This document shows, piece by piece, positions 13,053-25,532 of a DNA stretch of 64,000 nt (position 1 is the first letter of the stretch; each line of letters begins with the position of its first letter). The notes beneath the pieces were generated by a model. The model made no database searches. It saw only the letters and a program-made list of their open reading frames with translations, and was not told where the DNA came from. The position numbers were made by a program, and so were the translations under genes. The stretch is from Squalus acanthias (lineage: Eukaryota), in NCBI GenBank assembly GCA_030390025.1, contig JASTWF010000033.1:2792001-2856000 (forward strand), written 5' to 3'.

Positions 13053-13500
13053 ATGGAAGCAAAAAGCACCGTTCACACTGGGGTGACACCGTACAGGTGT
13101 TCTGTGTGTGGACGAGGCTTCAGCCGATCCTCTGGCCTATCGAGACACAAGCGCAGACACAGCGGGGGCGATCGTTCACCTGATCCGCGTGTGGGAAGGA
13201 ATTATCTCCGTCATCCATCCTGCTGACACACCAGCGGGTTTACACTGGGGAGAGACCTTTTAAATGCCCGGACTGCGGAGGTGCTGTGAAAAGATCGAGT
13301 ACACTGACATTCCTTCAACGTGTTCACACTGACGAGAGACCGTTCAGGAGTTCTCACTGCAGGACTGGTTTCAGGCAGTCATTTAACCTCAGTGAACACT
13401 TGCGAGTTCAAACGGGAGAGTCCGTTCACCGACTCCGTGAGTAGTAAGGGATTCATTTATTAATTCACCCTGGTGACACACCAGCGAGTTTTCAATTGAC
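13053..13500 (+). pseudogene. C2H2 zinc-finger pseudogene (~5 degraded fingers)
   Basis: [38 protein letters not shown], then frameshifted or stop-containing fingers with TGERPFKCPDCG and HTDERPF linkers. Confidence 0.85.
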
Positions 13501-13509
13501 TGTAGGTTT

Positions 13510-14220
13510 TGATACTGCTGTTAATGCTGCTGTAAATTAGATCCAGGACTGAACCATGTTCACTCTGACAGTCAGAGTTTGTTACTGCTGTTATTGCTGC
13601 TGAAAATCAGATCCAGGACTGAACCATGTTCACTCTGACAGTGGGGGTTTGATTCTGCTCTCATTGATGCAGTAAATCAGATCCTGGACTGAACCATGTT
13701 CACTCTGACAGTGGGGGTTTGATTCTGCTGTCATTGATGCAGTAAATCAGAGCCAGGACTGAACCATGTTCACTCTGACAGTGGGCGTTTGATTCTGCTG
13801 TTATTGCTGCTGTAAGTCAGATCCTGGACTGAACCATGTTCACTCTGACAGTCAGTTTGTTTCTGCTGTTATTGCTGCTGTAAGTCAGATCCTGGACTGA
13901 ACCATGTTCACTCTGACAGTGGGGGTTTGATTCTGCTGTTATTGCTGCTGTAAGTCAGATCCTGGACTGAACCATGTTCACTCTGACAGTGGGGGTTTGA
14001 TTCTGCTGTTATTGCTGCTGTAAGTCAGATCCTGGACTGAACCATGTTCACTCTGACAGTGGGGGTTTGATTCTGCTGTTATTGCTGCTGTAAGTCAGAT
14101 CCTGGACTGAACCATGTTCACTCTGACAGTGGGGGTTTGATTCTGCTGTTATTGCTGCTGTAAGTCAGATCCTGGACTGAACCATGTTCACTCTGACAGT
14201 CAGAGTTTGTTTCTGCTGAT
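13510..14220. repeat. 70-bp tandem repeat, ~10 copies, directly 3' of the ZNF pseudogene
   Basis: gatcctggactgaaccatgttcactctgacagtgggggtttgattctgctgttattgctgctgtaagtca; period 70 (13681/13751/13821), distal copies near-identical. Confidence 0.95.
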
Positions 14221-15809
14221 GTCAGTAACTCCTGTAACTGGGCGGGAGTTTAATATTCTGGATAAATTTCAAATAAATCAGCTTTGTTTTAATCAGCTTG
14301 GAGATTTTCGACTTTCCCACCTGGGTGTTTAGCATCACCTGGCTGGAGCTCAGAAAGGACAATCTTGGAGGAGGTTCGTTCGGCGGGAACAGAACTACAG
14401 CCTGGACCCAGTCCTTCAGGGCCACACTGAGAGGGTCAAACGGCACTTTGGTCTTTCTCGTCTCTCTTCACTGACAGCAAAGTCCCCGTGCGGGTTAATC
14501 TTGAGGCCTGTAAGGAATGTTTCCCAGCCGCTCTCTTCCATGGTTCAGAGCTCCCAGGCACGGAACAGAAGGCTCCTTTACAGCTGTGTTTAGAGTCAGG
14601 AAGGACAGCGGTGAATGCTGGAAACGTGCTGTGAAATCAAAGATTGGTGTAAAACTGCGATCTGTTCCTGACTGAAAGTGAAACAGCAGATTTCAGTATC
14701 CAATCTAAAAATGACTGGTAATTATTCCGTGAAGATGTAATCCCTGGGTCAGTGTGGGAGCTGCCTGGATTTGTGTTGGAGCTTTTGATTCAGTGTCGTT
14801 GCTGTCTTGGTCTGTGAAATCAGCTGTCTGTGTCCCCGAAAGGAACTGTCTGGGTCCATCTAGGAGCAGTATGTTCTTTTCTCGGAAATATCTGCACCCA
14901 TGTAGGAACTGTCTCTGTCCGTGCTGGCGCTCTTAGTCTGTGGGTCACGGTAGGAGCTGTCTTGGTCTATATAGGACCGAAAGGATCTGTGTTTGAGCTC
15001 TTGGGTCTGTGTAGGTGCTCCCTGGTTCAGTGTAGGAGCTGTCTGAGGCTGTGAAGGAAAGTCTCTGCCTGTGTTGGTGCTCCTTGTGTCAGGGTAGGCG
15101 CTGCATGGTTCTGTATAGGAGCAGTCTGAGATGCGTAGAAGTGCCTGGTTCTGAATAGGAGCTGCATTGGTCTACGCATGAACTCTTTCGTTCTTTATAG
15201 ACATACAAATCTCGCTTATTGGCCTGAGATTTGGTCAGAGGTCAGAGTCTGCCCCGCCTCCGTCCGCTCCTGCCCTTTGCGAGGGAGTGTTTCCGGTTTC
15301 AATTTACAGACTGGGTGAGTTGGTGATCGAGCCTCAGCGATCCCGGGTGAGAAAGGACTGATTGTGCCCGGGCCCGGTCCGTAATGTGCAGATGTGCCTG
15401 AAAACATGACGGGGGAAGGTAGGTGGAACTTTGATCTGATAGTAAACCACCTGCCCAAAAAAAATGGCCAATGTCACAGAATCGAATGGTCACTTCCGAG
15501 TCAGTTTTTGTGTCACTTGATGCCTCCATGTCCTCTCACTGCCTTTGCTGATACATTGTCCACACCTGAGGCCTCAGGTCAAACTAATGCAGAAACTCTG
15601 CTGCTGCGCTCGGGATTGGCACCTGCTGCCTCGACACATTATCGTCCTAACAGCTGATTAACTGTCTGAGTGGAGCAGTGCGGCGCTTCAGAAAACAATT
15701 AGAGAAAGCAAAGTCAGAGCTGTCTCGGTCTCACGTGCTTTGGTTACCAAGAATGTCCAAATCATCGTTTGATTATGGCTCCTCTTGAGTATAACTGCTT
15801 CCACCAGTG

Positions 15810-15898
15810 GGCTCGTTGGTCTAGGGGTATAATTCTCGCTTTGGGTTTTATTGGCTGAAATATTCGAGACGTCCTGGGTTCGAATCTTTGACAAGCTC
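15810..15898 (+). tRNA. tRNA-Pro(TGG)-derived, degenerate, with 17-nt insert after position 37
   Basis: GGCTCGTTGGTCTAGGGGTATaATTCTCGCTTTGGG [ttttattggctgaaata] TtCGAGAcGTCCtGGGTTCGAATC...AAGCTC; 3' stems mismatched. Confidence 0.8.
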
Positions 15899-15934
15899 GA
15901 CTTTTCACCTTCAGCTTATATAAAAACTTTACAA

Positions 15935-16140
15935 ATAAGAGCAGGAGTTGGCCTTGTGGCCCCTCGAGCCTGCTCCGCCAGTCAATCAGATCATGGCTGA
16001 TCATCGACCTCAACTCCACTTTTCAGCCTGATTTCCCTATTCCTTGATGAGCCGAGTGTCCAAAAATCTATCTCTGTCAGTCTTGAATATATTCAAAGAT
16101 TCAGCATTCACAGCCCTCTGCGGCAGAGAATTCCTAAGGG
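15935..16140 (-). mobile_element. CR1 LINE 3' end
   Basis: Reverse complement of the ...gatcagccatgatct...ggcggagcaggctcgagggg 3' UTR shared with other CR1 copies here. Confidence 0.7.
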
Positions 16141-16492
16141 TGGCGCTGAAACTTTTGTAATGATAAAAGAGAAGTTTCCAAATCAATCCGCGAGAATCTC
16201 AAGCTCTTTCGGAAGAGGATGAGTGCAAATATTCCAGATTATAGGCACGTCAACGACCTACAATCACCGTGAACGAGTTTTGCTGCAATTTGAATTCGAT
16301 ATTCAACCCGCTCTGGACTTTCATCTCATCGACGCAGATAAAAGAAAGACTTGCATTTATAGAGCGCCGTTCACCACCACCGGATGTACCAAAGTGCTTT
16401 TCCGACGTAAAGTGCGTTTGTACATTGAGTAGGAAACGCGGCAGTAAACTTGCGCACAGCAAGCTCCCACAAACATCAAGTTAATAATAACC

Positions 16493-16778
16493 AGCAACAC
16501 GGTGGCATAGTGGTTAGCACTGTTGCCTCACAGCGCCAGGGACGCTGGTTCGAATCCGGCCGTGGGTGACTGTCTGTGTGGAGTTTGTACATTCTCCCCG
16601 TGTCTGCGTGGGTTTCCTCCGGGTGCGCCAGGTTTTGTCCCACAGTCCAAAGATGTGCGGGTTAGGTTGATTTGGCTATGATAAATTGACCCTGAGTGTT
16701 GTGGGGATAGGGTGGGATATGTGTCGGTGCAGGCTCGATGGGACGCAATGGCCTCTATCTGCACTGTGGGGATTCTGT
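16493..16778 (+). mobile_element. HE1-like V-SINE, inserted in a minus-strand SacSINE1-like remnant (16340-16492, resuming ~16780)
   Basis: tRNA-like head ggtggcatagtggttagcactg..gttcgaatcc; V-domain gtgtggagtttg.acattctccccgtgtctgcgtgggtttcctccggg. Confidence 0.85.
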
Positions 16779-17269
16779 GATTTGTTGCTTGAGGGTTAAA
16801 TATTGCCCACGATGATTGACGTCCCAGATTTATTCAGTTTTCAGACAGTCATTAAGGTGGAGACTGCGGGACACATTTTTCACACCTACTCGCACAGATC
16901 ACAAGATCCTTACCCGTGAGGAAGGCCATTCAGCCCAATCTAATTCAATCCTCCAGAACAAACTTAGTCTTCACCTATTTGCTTAATCCAGTTGCTTCCT
17001 GTATCATTCCAGAGCTTCCACCAACACCTTTTTTCTCTCTCGACACATGGCAGCTGTCTTTCATTCTGCCATTTACACCTCTCTAGACTAAACTTTTGTT
17101 TCTTAACTTGTCCCATTACCATCTCCTTTTGCCTTGCAACATCTCCTAATGTATCTTAATCTCTCATGCCTTCCATCCTATCACAGAACTTCCCTTTTCT
17201 TCTTTCCTCCACTCCCCACTTTCCCTGCCCCCTACACTTGCTTAAAAACCTGTTCGATCTCCAGCTATT

Positions 17270-17349
17270 TCCAGTTCTGACAAAGGGTCATCGACCTGAA
17301 ACGTTAACTCGGTTTCTCTCTTCACAGATTCTGCCTGACATGCTGAGAT
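17270..17349 (+). mobile_element. Penelope-like terminal repeat (family 1) with mutated hammerhead core
   Basis: cagttctgacaaagggtcatcgacctgaaacgttaactc. Confidence 0.65.
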
Positions 17350-17350
17350 C

Positions 17351-17800
17351 ACCGCCGCCTCTTTTACAGCCGCCGCCTCGCCGCTGTCACTCCACCCAGG
17401 TCCGCCGCCTCTGTGGGCCTACCTGGTTGCTGCCGCCTCTTTTACAGCCGCCGCCTCGCCGCTGTCACTCCACCCAGGTCCGCCGCCTCTGTGGGCCTAC
17501 CTGGTTGCTGCCGCCTTTTACAGCCGCCGCCTCGCCGCAGACGCTCCACCCAGGTCCGCCGCCTCTGTGGGCCTACCTGGTCGCCGCCGTCTCTTTTACA
17601 GCCGCCGCCTCGCCGCTGCCGCTCCACCCAGGTCCGCCGCCTCTGTGGGCCTACCTGGTCGCTGCCGCCTTTTACTGCCACCGCATCGCCGCTGCCGCTC
17701 CACCCAGGTCCGCCGCCTCTGTGGGCCTACCTGGTCGCCGCCGCCTCTTTTATGGCCGCCGCCTCGCCAGTGCCGCTCCACCCAGGTCCGCCGCCTCTGC
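17351..17800. repeat. GC-rich ~78-bp tandem repeat, ~6 copies
   Basis: ccacccaggtccgccgcctctgtgggcctacctgg repeated. Confidence 0.92.
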
Positions 17801-18043
17801 AGCATCTGACACATTAGACCCCTTGTGACCCCAGATTTCTGGACTGTAGTGGAATCAAGGGATATGTGGATAGGCAGGAAAGTGGAGTTGAGGTCGAAGA
17901 TCAGCCATTATCTCATTGAATGGCGGAGCAGGCTCGGGGGGCCATATGGCAGTTAGAAAGATTAACTGCAGTCGTCTGGCATTGTTCTCTGCACAGGCAT
18001 TATTCTCTGTCTATATATGCTCAGCCCATTTGTATTTCTTCAC

Positions 18044-18131
18044 ATCACCTGACGAAGGAGTAGCCGCTCCGAAAGCTTGTGATTTCAAATAAAGCTGTTG
18101 GATTATAACCTGATGTTGTGCGACTTCTCAG
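18044..18131 (+). mobile_element. Penelope-like terminal repeat (family 2) with minimal hammerhead ribozyme
   Basis: atcac-CTGACGA-aggagtagccgctcc-GAAA-gctt-gtgat; stem I ATCAC/GTGAT. Confidence 0.75.
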
Positions 18132-18219
18132 TTGCGTCACAGAGATAGGGGCCTTTCCATGGCGCTCTGCATTCTGGGAGCTGGAGCCCGCCATGGCGGT
18201 CCGGCGACAAATATTTCGC

Positions 18220-18271
18220 GAACGTTCGACTGAAAATCTAAAGGTCCCTGGTTCAGTCCCGGGTTTCGCCA
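18220..18271 (+). pseudogene. tRNA-Phe(GAA) 3' fragment
   Basis: gactgaaaatctaaaggtccctggttcagtcccgggtttcgcca followed by a T-run; 5' end missing. Confidence 0.8.
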
Positions 18272-18379
18272 ATTTTTTTAAATTTGTGTCTCCTTCACTA
18301 TAAGGGGAGAGACTCAGGAGAGATTTTGCGCTCTTGAACCCACGCCTCTCAGACCAATAGCAGTGAACTTGGTCCCCTC

Positions 18380-21300
18380 ATCTATGATTTGGGTGAGGGG
18401 ACCAAATGTAATATATCCAAGTTTGCTGACGATACAAAGCTGGGTGGGATTGTAAGTTGTGAGGAGGATGCAAAGAGGCTTCAAGGGGATATAGACGGGC
18501 TAAGTGAGTGGGCAACAACATGGCAAATGGAATATAATGTAGAGAAATGTGAAGTTATCCACTTTGGTAGGAGAAACAGAAAAGCAGTGTATTTTTGAAA
18601 TAGTGAGAGATTGGGAAATGTTGGTGTTCAGAGGGACCTGGGTGTCTTTGTACACGAATCATTGAAAGTTAACATGCAGGTACAGCAAGCAATTAGGAAA
18701 GCAAATGGTATGTTGGCCTTTATTACAAGAGGATTTGAGTATAAGAGTAAAGACGTCTTACTGCAATTATATCGGGCCCAGGTGAGACCACACCTGGCGA
18801 ATTGTGCACATTTTTGGTCTCCTTATCTAAGGAAGGATATACTTGCCATAGATGGAGTGCAACGAAGGTTCACCAGACTGGTTCCTGGGCTGGGTTGATT
18901 GTCCCATGAGGAGAGATTGAGTAGACTAGGACTATATTCTCTAGAATTTATAAGAATGAGAGGTGATCTCATTGAAACATACAACATTCTTACAGGGCTT
19001 GACAGGTTGGATGCAGGGACGATGTTTCCCCTGGCTGTGGAGTCTAGAACCAGGGGTAACAGTGTCAGAATAAGGGGTTGGCCATTTAGTACTGAGATGA
19101 GAAGAAATTTATTCACTCAAAGGGTGGTGAATCTTTGGAATTCTCTACTCCGGAGGCCTGTGGAAGCTCAGTCCTTGAGTATATTCAAGGCAGAGATCGA
19201 CAGTGTTTGATTTGTATGTGGGAGAGCACTCTGGAGATAGTGACCACAATTCGGTAACTTTCACTATTTCAATGGAGAGGGATTGGGCCATACGGCAGGG
19301 CAGGGTTTATAATTGGGGGAGGGGTGATTATGATGCGATTAGGCAAGAATTAGGGAGTATAAGATGGGAACAGAAACTATCAGGGAAAGGCACAAACGAA
19401 AAGTGGAGCTTTTTCATGGAGCAATTACTGCGTGTCCTTGATAGGTATGTCCCTGTCAGGCAGGGAGGAAATGGCCGAGTGAGAGAACCATGGTTCACAA
19501 AAGAGGTTGAATGTCTAGTCAAGAGGAAAAAGGAAGCGTATGTAAGGATGAGAAAACAAGGTTCAGTTGGGTCGATTGAGGGGTACAAGGTAGCAAGGAA
19601 TGAGCTGAAAAAAGAGCTTAGGAGAGCTAGGAGGGGGCATGGGATGTCCTTGGCGGGTCGGATCAAGAAAAACCCCAAGGCTTTTTACTCTTATGTGAGA
19701 AATAAAAGAATGACCAGGGTGAGGGTAGGGCCGGTCAAGGACAGTAGTGGGAAATTGTGCATGGAGTCAGAAGAGATAGGAGAGGTGATGAATGAATACC
19801 TTTCGTCAGTGTTCACCGAGGAGAGGGGCCATGTTCTTGAGGATGAGAGTGTGATAAAGGTGGATAGGCTGGAGGTGGTAGATGTTCTGAGGGAAGATGT
19901 TTTAGCAATTTTGAAGAACCTGAGGGTCGATAAGTCCCCTGGGCCAGATGGGATATATGCTAGGATTCTTTGGGAGGCAAGGGAGGAGATTGCAGAGCCT
20001 CTGGCTTTGATCTTTGAGTCCTCACTGTCCACGCGGATGGTGCCAGAGGACTGGAGAGTGGCGAATGTTGTTCCTCTCTTCAAGAAAGGAAATAGGAATG
20101 ACCCTGGTAATTATAGGCTGGTTAGTCTTACTTCGGTGGTTGGTAAGATAATGGAAAATGTCCTGAGGGATAGGTTTTATGACCATTTGGAAAGGGGCAA
20201 CTTAATCAGGGATAGTCAACACGGATTCGTGAAGGGTAAGTCTTGCCTAACAAATTTGATTGAATTCTTTGAGAAGGTAACTAAGTGTGTAGATGAAGGT
20301 AGAGCAGTTGATGTCGTATACATGGATTTTAGTAAGGCGTTTGATAAGGTTCCCCATGGTCGGCTCATGAAGAAAGTAAGGAGTTGTGGGATAGAGGGAA
20401 ATTTGGCCGATTGGATAAGTAACTGGCTATCTCATAGAAGGCAGAGGGTGGTGGTGGATGGAACATTTTCGGACTGGAGACCAGTTACCAGTGGTGTGCC
20501 ACAGGGGTCGGTGCTGGGTCCTCTGCTGTTTGTGATTTTTATCAATGACTTGGAGGAGGGGACTGAAGGGTGGATCAGTAAATTTGCTGATGACACCAAG
20601 ATTGGTGGAGTAGTGGATGAGGTGGAGGGCAGTTGTAGGCTGCAAAGAGACATTGATAGGATGCAGAGCTGGGCCGAAAAATGGCAGATGGAATTTAACC
20701 CTGATAAGTGCGAGGTGATTCATTTTGGTAGGGCAAATTTGAATAAGGATTACAGGGTCAACGGCAGGGTTCTGAGGAACGTGGAGGAGCAGAGGGATCT
20801 GAGGGTTCATATCCACAGATCTCTGAAGGTTGCCACTCAAGTGGATAGAGCAGTAAAGAAGGCCTATGGTGTGTTGGCGTTTATTAACAGAGGGTTTGAG
20901 TTTAAGAACCGTGAGTTATGCTGCAACTGTACAGGACCTTGGTGAGACCACATTTGGAATATTGTGCGCAGTTCTGGTCACCTCACTATAGGAAGGACGT
21001 GGAAGCATTGGAAAGAGTGCAAAGGAGATTTACCAGGATGCTGCCTGGTTTGGGGGGGAGGTCTTATGAGGAAAGATTGAGGGAGTTGGGGCTTTTCTCT
21101 TTAGAGCGGAGGAGGATGAGAGGCGACTTAATAGAGGTTTATAAGATGATGAGGGGGATAGATAGAGTGGATGTTCAGAGACTATTTCCTCGGGTAGAGG
21201 CAGCTGTTACAAGGGGGCATAACTATAAGGTGCATGGGGGGAGATATAGAAGGGATGTCCGAGGTAGATTCTTTACTCAGAGAGTGGTTGGGGTGTGGAA

Positions 21301-21650
21301 TGGACTGCCTGCTGTGATAGTGGAGTCGGACACTTTAGGAACTTTCAAGCGGTTATTGGGTAAGCACATGGAGCACACCAGAGTGACAGGGAGTGTGATA
21401 GCTTGATCTTGGTCTCGGACAATGCTCGGCACAACATCGAGGGCCGAAGGGACTGTACCGTGCTGTACTGTTCTATGTTCTATGTTCTATGACAGATTTT
21501 CCAATATTAAATGAATCAATTATGTTCTTATGATCTGGGGATAGTGCAGGAAAGTGGAGATGAGGTAGAAGATCAGCCATGATTGTATTGAATGGAGGAG
21601 CAGGTTTGGAGGCCTAATGGACTACTCCTGCTTCTTTTCTTATGTTCTAT
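18380..21650 (+). mobile_element. Outer 5'-truncated CR1 LINE (18380-19203, resuming 21491-21650)
   Basis: KFADDTKL motif in ORF 18389; RT C-terminus with stops; 3' UTR continues after the inner element. Confidence 0.85.
19204..21490 (+). mobile_element. Young 5'-truncated CR1/HER1-type LINE nested in the outer CR1
   Basis: 580-aa ORF with RT motifs ([23 protein letters not shown]) and one frameshift near 20920; (ttctatg)n tail; gacag duplicated at 19199-19203 and 21491-21495. Confidence 0.93.
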
Positions 21651-22006
21651 TGTGTAAACCATATCTGACCCTCTGAATCCAGCTCCAGCCGCCTGCTGCC
21701 GGTTCGAGTCCGGTTGTGGTGACAGCGGCTCAGGGTCGCACCAACTGGTTTTATATCGGGACAGTGTTTGAGGGAGGGGCTGTTCAGCGGTGTTGTGATA
21801 ATAATTTTTAGAATGAGGTTTGTTAGATTAAAGAGCTCTTTTTCTGTTACTTCCGCTTTACGTTCTGCCCAGTTGTATATAGGAACAGTTGACAATGTTT
21901 AAGCGATGTGGTGTGTTCAATGTTTGTGCAGTAACTCTGTCACCCAGTGTGAGCCTGAAAGACAATCCCCCAGCCTGGGGCCGAACCTATCCAACGGCTG
22001 CTATGT

Positions 22007-22080
22007 GGCCGATTACCTCAGTTGGTGAAAGCGTGGTGCGAATAACGCCAAGGTCACGGGTTTGATCCAAGCACGGGCCA
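22007..22080 (+). tRNA. tRNA-Ile(AAT), full length but degenerate (probable pseudogene)
   Basis: ggccgattacctcagttggt..gcgtggtgcgaataacgccaaggtcacgggtttgatcc..acgggcca; B box mutated. Confidence 0.8.
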
Positions 22081-22704
22081 TCCGAATAATTATATAATTT
22101 TAAGGTTTTCGTAACATTTAAAATACAAACTTTATTAGGAAACAATTCCACACCGAATCTCACGGGGGAATTATTTGGATTAACATCCATTGCACCTTTG
22201 ACACCGGGGCGGAGAGACACATAGACCATAGAATCATAGAGTGATACGGCACAGAAGAAGGCCATTCGGGTCATCAAGTCAGCGCTGGCACTTTGAAAGA
22301 GTTCTCCAATTAGTCCCACTCCCCTGCTCTTTCCCCACAGCCCTGCAAATTTCTCCTATTCAATTATTTATCCAATTCTCTTTGGAAACTTACTATTGAA
22401 TCTGCTTCCACTGCCCTTTCAGGCAGCGCATTCCCAATCAGAATAACTCGCAGCGTAAAACATGTTTCCTCATCTCCCCTCTCGTTCTTTTGCCGGTTAT
22501 CTTCAATCGGTGTCCTTTGGTTACCGACCCTCCTGCCACTGGAAAACGTTTCTGCTTATTTACTCTATCAAAACCCCTTGTAATTTTGAAAACCTCTATT
22601 AAATTTCCTCTTAACCTTCTGAAGTAAACAATCCCAGCTTCTGCAGTATCTCCACATAACTGAAGTCCCTCATCCCTGCGACCACTCTGTAATACATCAA
22701 ACTG

Positions 22705-22846
22705 AGGCTCTCGCTCTGTGTGTCTGTCTCTCTTTCTGTGTCGCTATCTGTCTCTCTCTTTGTCTCTGTCTCTCTCTTTGTCTCTATCTCTCTCTTTGTC
22801 TCTGTCTCTCTCTATGTCCTTCTCTACTCTCTCTTTCTCACTCTGT
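22705..22846. repeat. CT/CTGT microsatellite
   Basis: Pyrimidine-rich (tc)n/(tctg)n run. Confidence 0.85.
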
Positions 22847-22889
22847 TCACAGCTCGACTGTTCCTCTAACAGATTCTACATTTGTTAGT

Positions 22890-22955
22890 TCCTCGTTAGT
22901 ATAGTACCCCCGCCTGGTCACGCGGGTGACCGGGGTTCAATTCCCCGACGGGGAC
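22890..22955 (+). pseudogene. tRNA-Asp(GTC) pseudogene with D-arm deletion
   Basis: tcctcgttagtatagt-acccccgcctggtcacgcgggtgaccggggttcaattccccgacgggga. Confidence 0.85.
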
Positions 22956-23419
22956 GACGCTTTTTAACATCCCCAATTTTAAACCTTTGGGCAGCTCCTT
23001 AAAATGCTTCTTGGAAAAGGTGAACAGAAGAAAAGTAACTAAAAGAATGTTAAAAGATGTACTGGCATATGAAGATATGTAAAACAACTTCCTGCACCAA
23101 TTCCTCGTTACTATAGTGCCCCCTCTCTGTTTCCCTCTCCCTTTTGTTTGGGGCACGGAGGAGGGAGAGAGTGACAGAGAAAATGAGATTAACAGGGTTA
23201 CGCACAAAATGCTGGGGTTTGGGACTAAGCACGACTGCTCTTTCAAAGAGAGAGCACAGGTATGACGGGCCGAATGGCCTCCCACTGTGCTGCATGAATC
23301 CATGAAACTCAGATGGATATCTGAGACATACACACACAAAGAGAGCACACACACATGTCTGTCTCTTTGTGTGTTTGAGCATTTGTCTCAAGCACTGCAT
23401 AACTACTTCCTGAACCAGG

Positions 23420-23459
23420 TCCTTGATAGTATAGTGGTGAGTATTAAATTCCCCGACGG
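23420..23459 (+). pseudogene. tRNA-Asp remnant with internal deletion (a further 5' stub at 23102-23118)
   Basis: tccttgatagtatagtggtgagtat...ttccccgacgg. Confidence 0.6.
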
Positions 23460-24129
23460 CTACTCTCTGTCTGTCTCTCTCTGTCTCTGAGAAAAGCAAA
23501 GAAGGAAACAGATTTCAAGTGGATGCCGACCCGCACTTGTTGCTGTGGTTTCGCAAACTTGTCTTTTGTGTTCTCACCTAAAAAATGTCATTTTGTACGA
23601 AAAGTTTGCCTGGCGTGAAAATTATCTTAATTTCACAAATGCTCATCCTTGCCTTCTGTAAAATTCCTGCTGGTTCAAAGTTAGCAGGAAATGACTCAAC
23701 CTTTCTGTCAACATTTGGAACGAGACACTTTAGATGTTGCCCACATTTAACTGTAGCTCACAGTGTCAGAACAGTCACAGTTATCAATAGTCTTTCATGT
23801 ATCTTCTTGCCCACTGCATCTCCCTAAAAAACTTAGCTTATCACAGCACGGCTATCAATCAATTCTTTGCCAGTGTGAAAAATGCAACATTTGAAACTTA
23901 GCAACGTGTACAAGACTGGAATCAGAGAGTCCGTGGGCAGTGATAACTTATCCTGAGCATTAAGATATTCATTAGGATTGAGCCCTTTCTGTATTGCTCA
24001 GTAGCCCAATAAGTGAGGAACTAAGAGACCACAGGCCGCGGGTGGAGGCTGGCCATTTTCATTTCTGTGTTGGGCTCAGCACCATAACTGCTGCTGAAGA
24101 ATGAACTTAACATAATTTCAGCTTGGCTG

Positions 24130-25475
24130 GAGATCATAGAGTCATAACGGCACAGAAGGAGCCGTGCCGGCTCTCTGCAGAGCAATCCAGTCAGTCCCAT
24201 TCCCACGCTCTATCCCCGTAGCCCTGCAAAATTATTTCCCTCAAATGCCTATCCAGTCTCTCCTTGAGAACATTGAGTGTCTCCGCTTCCACCAATTCTG
24301 TCGGTAGCGACTTCCAGTTCCTCACCACTCGCTGCGTAAAATAGTTTTTTCTCACATACCCCCTGTATCTCTTGCCCAAATCCTTAAATGTGTGTTCCCT
24401 AGTCCTTGTACCAAAACTAGTGGGAAAAGCCTTTCCCCGTCTAGCCTGTCCAAACCCGCCATAATCTTGTACACATCTATCAAATCACCCCTCAACCTCC
24501 TTTCCTCTAATGAAAACAAATCCAGCTTCTCCAACCTGTCCTTTTAGCTAAGAACCCCGGAACCATTCTGTTAATCTTCTCTACACCCTCTCAAGGGCCT
24601 TCACATCCTTCCTAAAGTGTGGTGACCAGAGCTGGACGCAATACACCAGTTGTGGCCTAACCAGCACTTTTTAAAGGTACAGCATAACTTCTCTAATTTT
24701 GTACTCAATACCTCTATTTATGAAGCCCAAGGTCCCATATGCTTTGTTAACCACTCTCTCAATATGTCCTGACACCTTCAGGGACCTATGCACATTAACT
24801 CCTAGGTCCCTCTGTCCCTGCACACTCTTTAAAACTGTGCCATTAAGTGTGTATTGCCTCTCCTTGTTCCTTCTGCCAAAATGCATCACCTCACACTTCT
24901 CTGCATTAAATTCCATCTGCCCATTCTGCTAGCTTTTCTATGTCCTGTTGCAGTCGATTGGTATCATCCTCACTGTTTGCCACACCCCCAGGTTTGGTGT
25001 CATTGGCAAATTTAGAAATTCTTCTCTGTATTCCTCAAACCTTGAATCTGTGTCCCCTATTCCTTGTACCATCAACAATTACAAATGTAGAAAAGTTATG
25101 CTGAACCTTCATAACGTGCTTGTTAGGCCACAAATGGAGTATTGCGTCCAGTTCTGCTCATCACACTTTAGGAAGGATGTGAAGGCCCAGACACAGATTT
25201 AAGGTTTTGGGCAAAGGGTCCAGGGGGGAACGAGTGGAAAAACTTGTTTACGCAGCGAGTGGTGATGACCTGGAACTCGCTGCCAACAGAAGTTTGGAAG
25301 CGGAGACACTCAATGTTTTCAAGGGGAGACTGGATAGGCACTTGAGGGAAATAAACTTGCAGGGCTACGGGGATTGAGCGGGGGAATGGGACTGACTGGA
25401 TTGCTCTACAGAGAGCCGGCAAGGACAAGAAAGGGCTGAATGGCCTCTGTCTGTGCCGTTATGACTCTTTGACCT
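24130..25475. mobile_element. Two CR1 fragments in opposite orientations (minus ~24130-25030, plus ~25080-25475)
   Basis: RT C-terminal ORFs 24352-24916 on the minus strand; plus-strand EYCVQF and 3' UTR. Confidence 0.8.
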
Positions 25476-25532
25476 GCATTTGTAGACCGCGGTTCTCTTC
25501 TGTGATGTTCTTACTACAGCTCACGGAGCAGA

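Noticed and set aside
4895..14220. Regular repeat arrays (51, 78, 70 bp) as possible CRISPR arrays
   Set aside because: Units are contiguous with no unique spacers, there are no cas genes, and the context is a vertebrate genome
16500..16560. tRNA gene
   Set aside because: tRNA-derived head of the HE1-like SINE
17166..17828. 220-aa and overlapping Pro/Arg/Ala-rich ORFs
   Set aside because: Products of the 78-bp GC-rich tandem repeat
19203..20945. 580-aa RT ORF as a host gene or retron/DGR-type system
   Set aside because: Ordinary 5'-truncated CR1 ORF2 with tail and TSD
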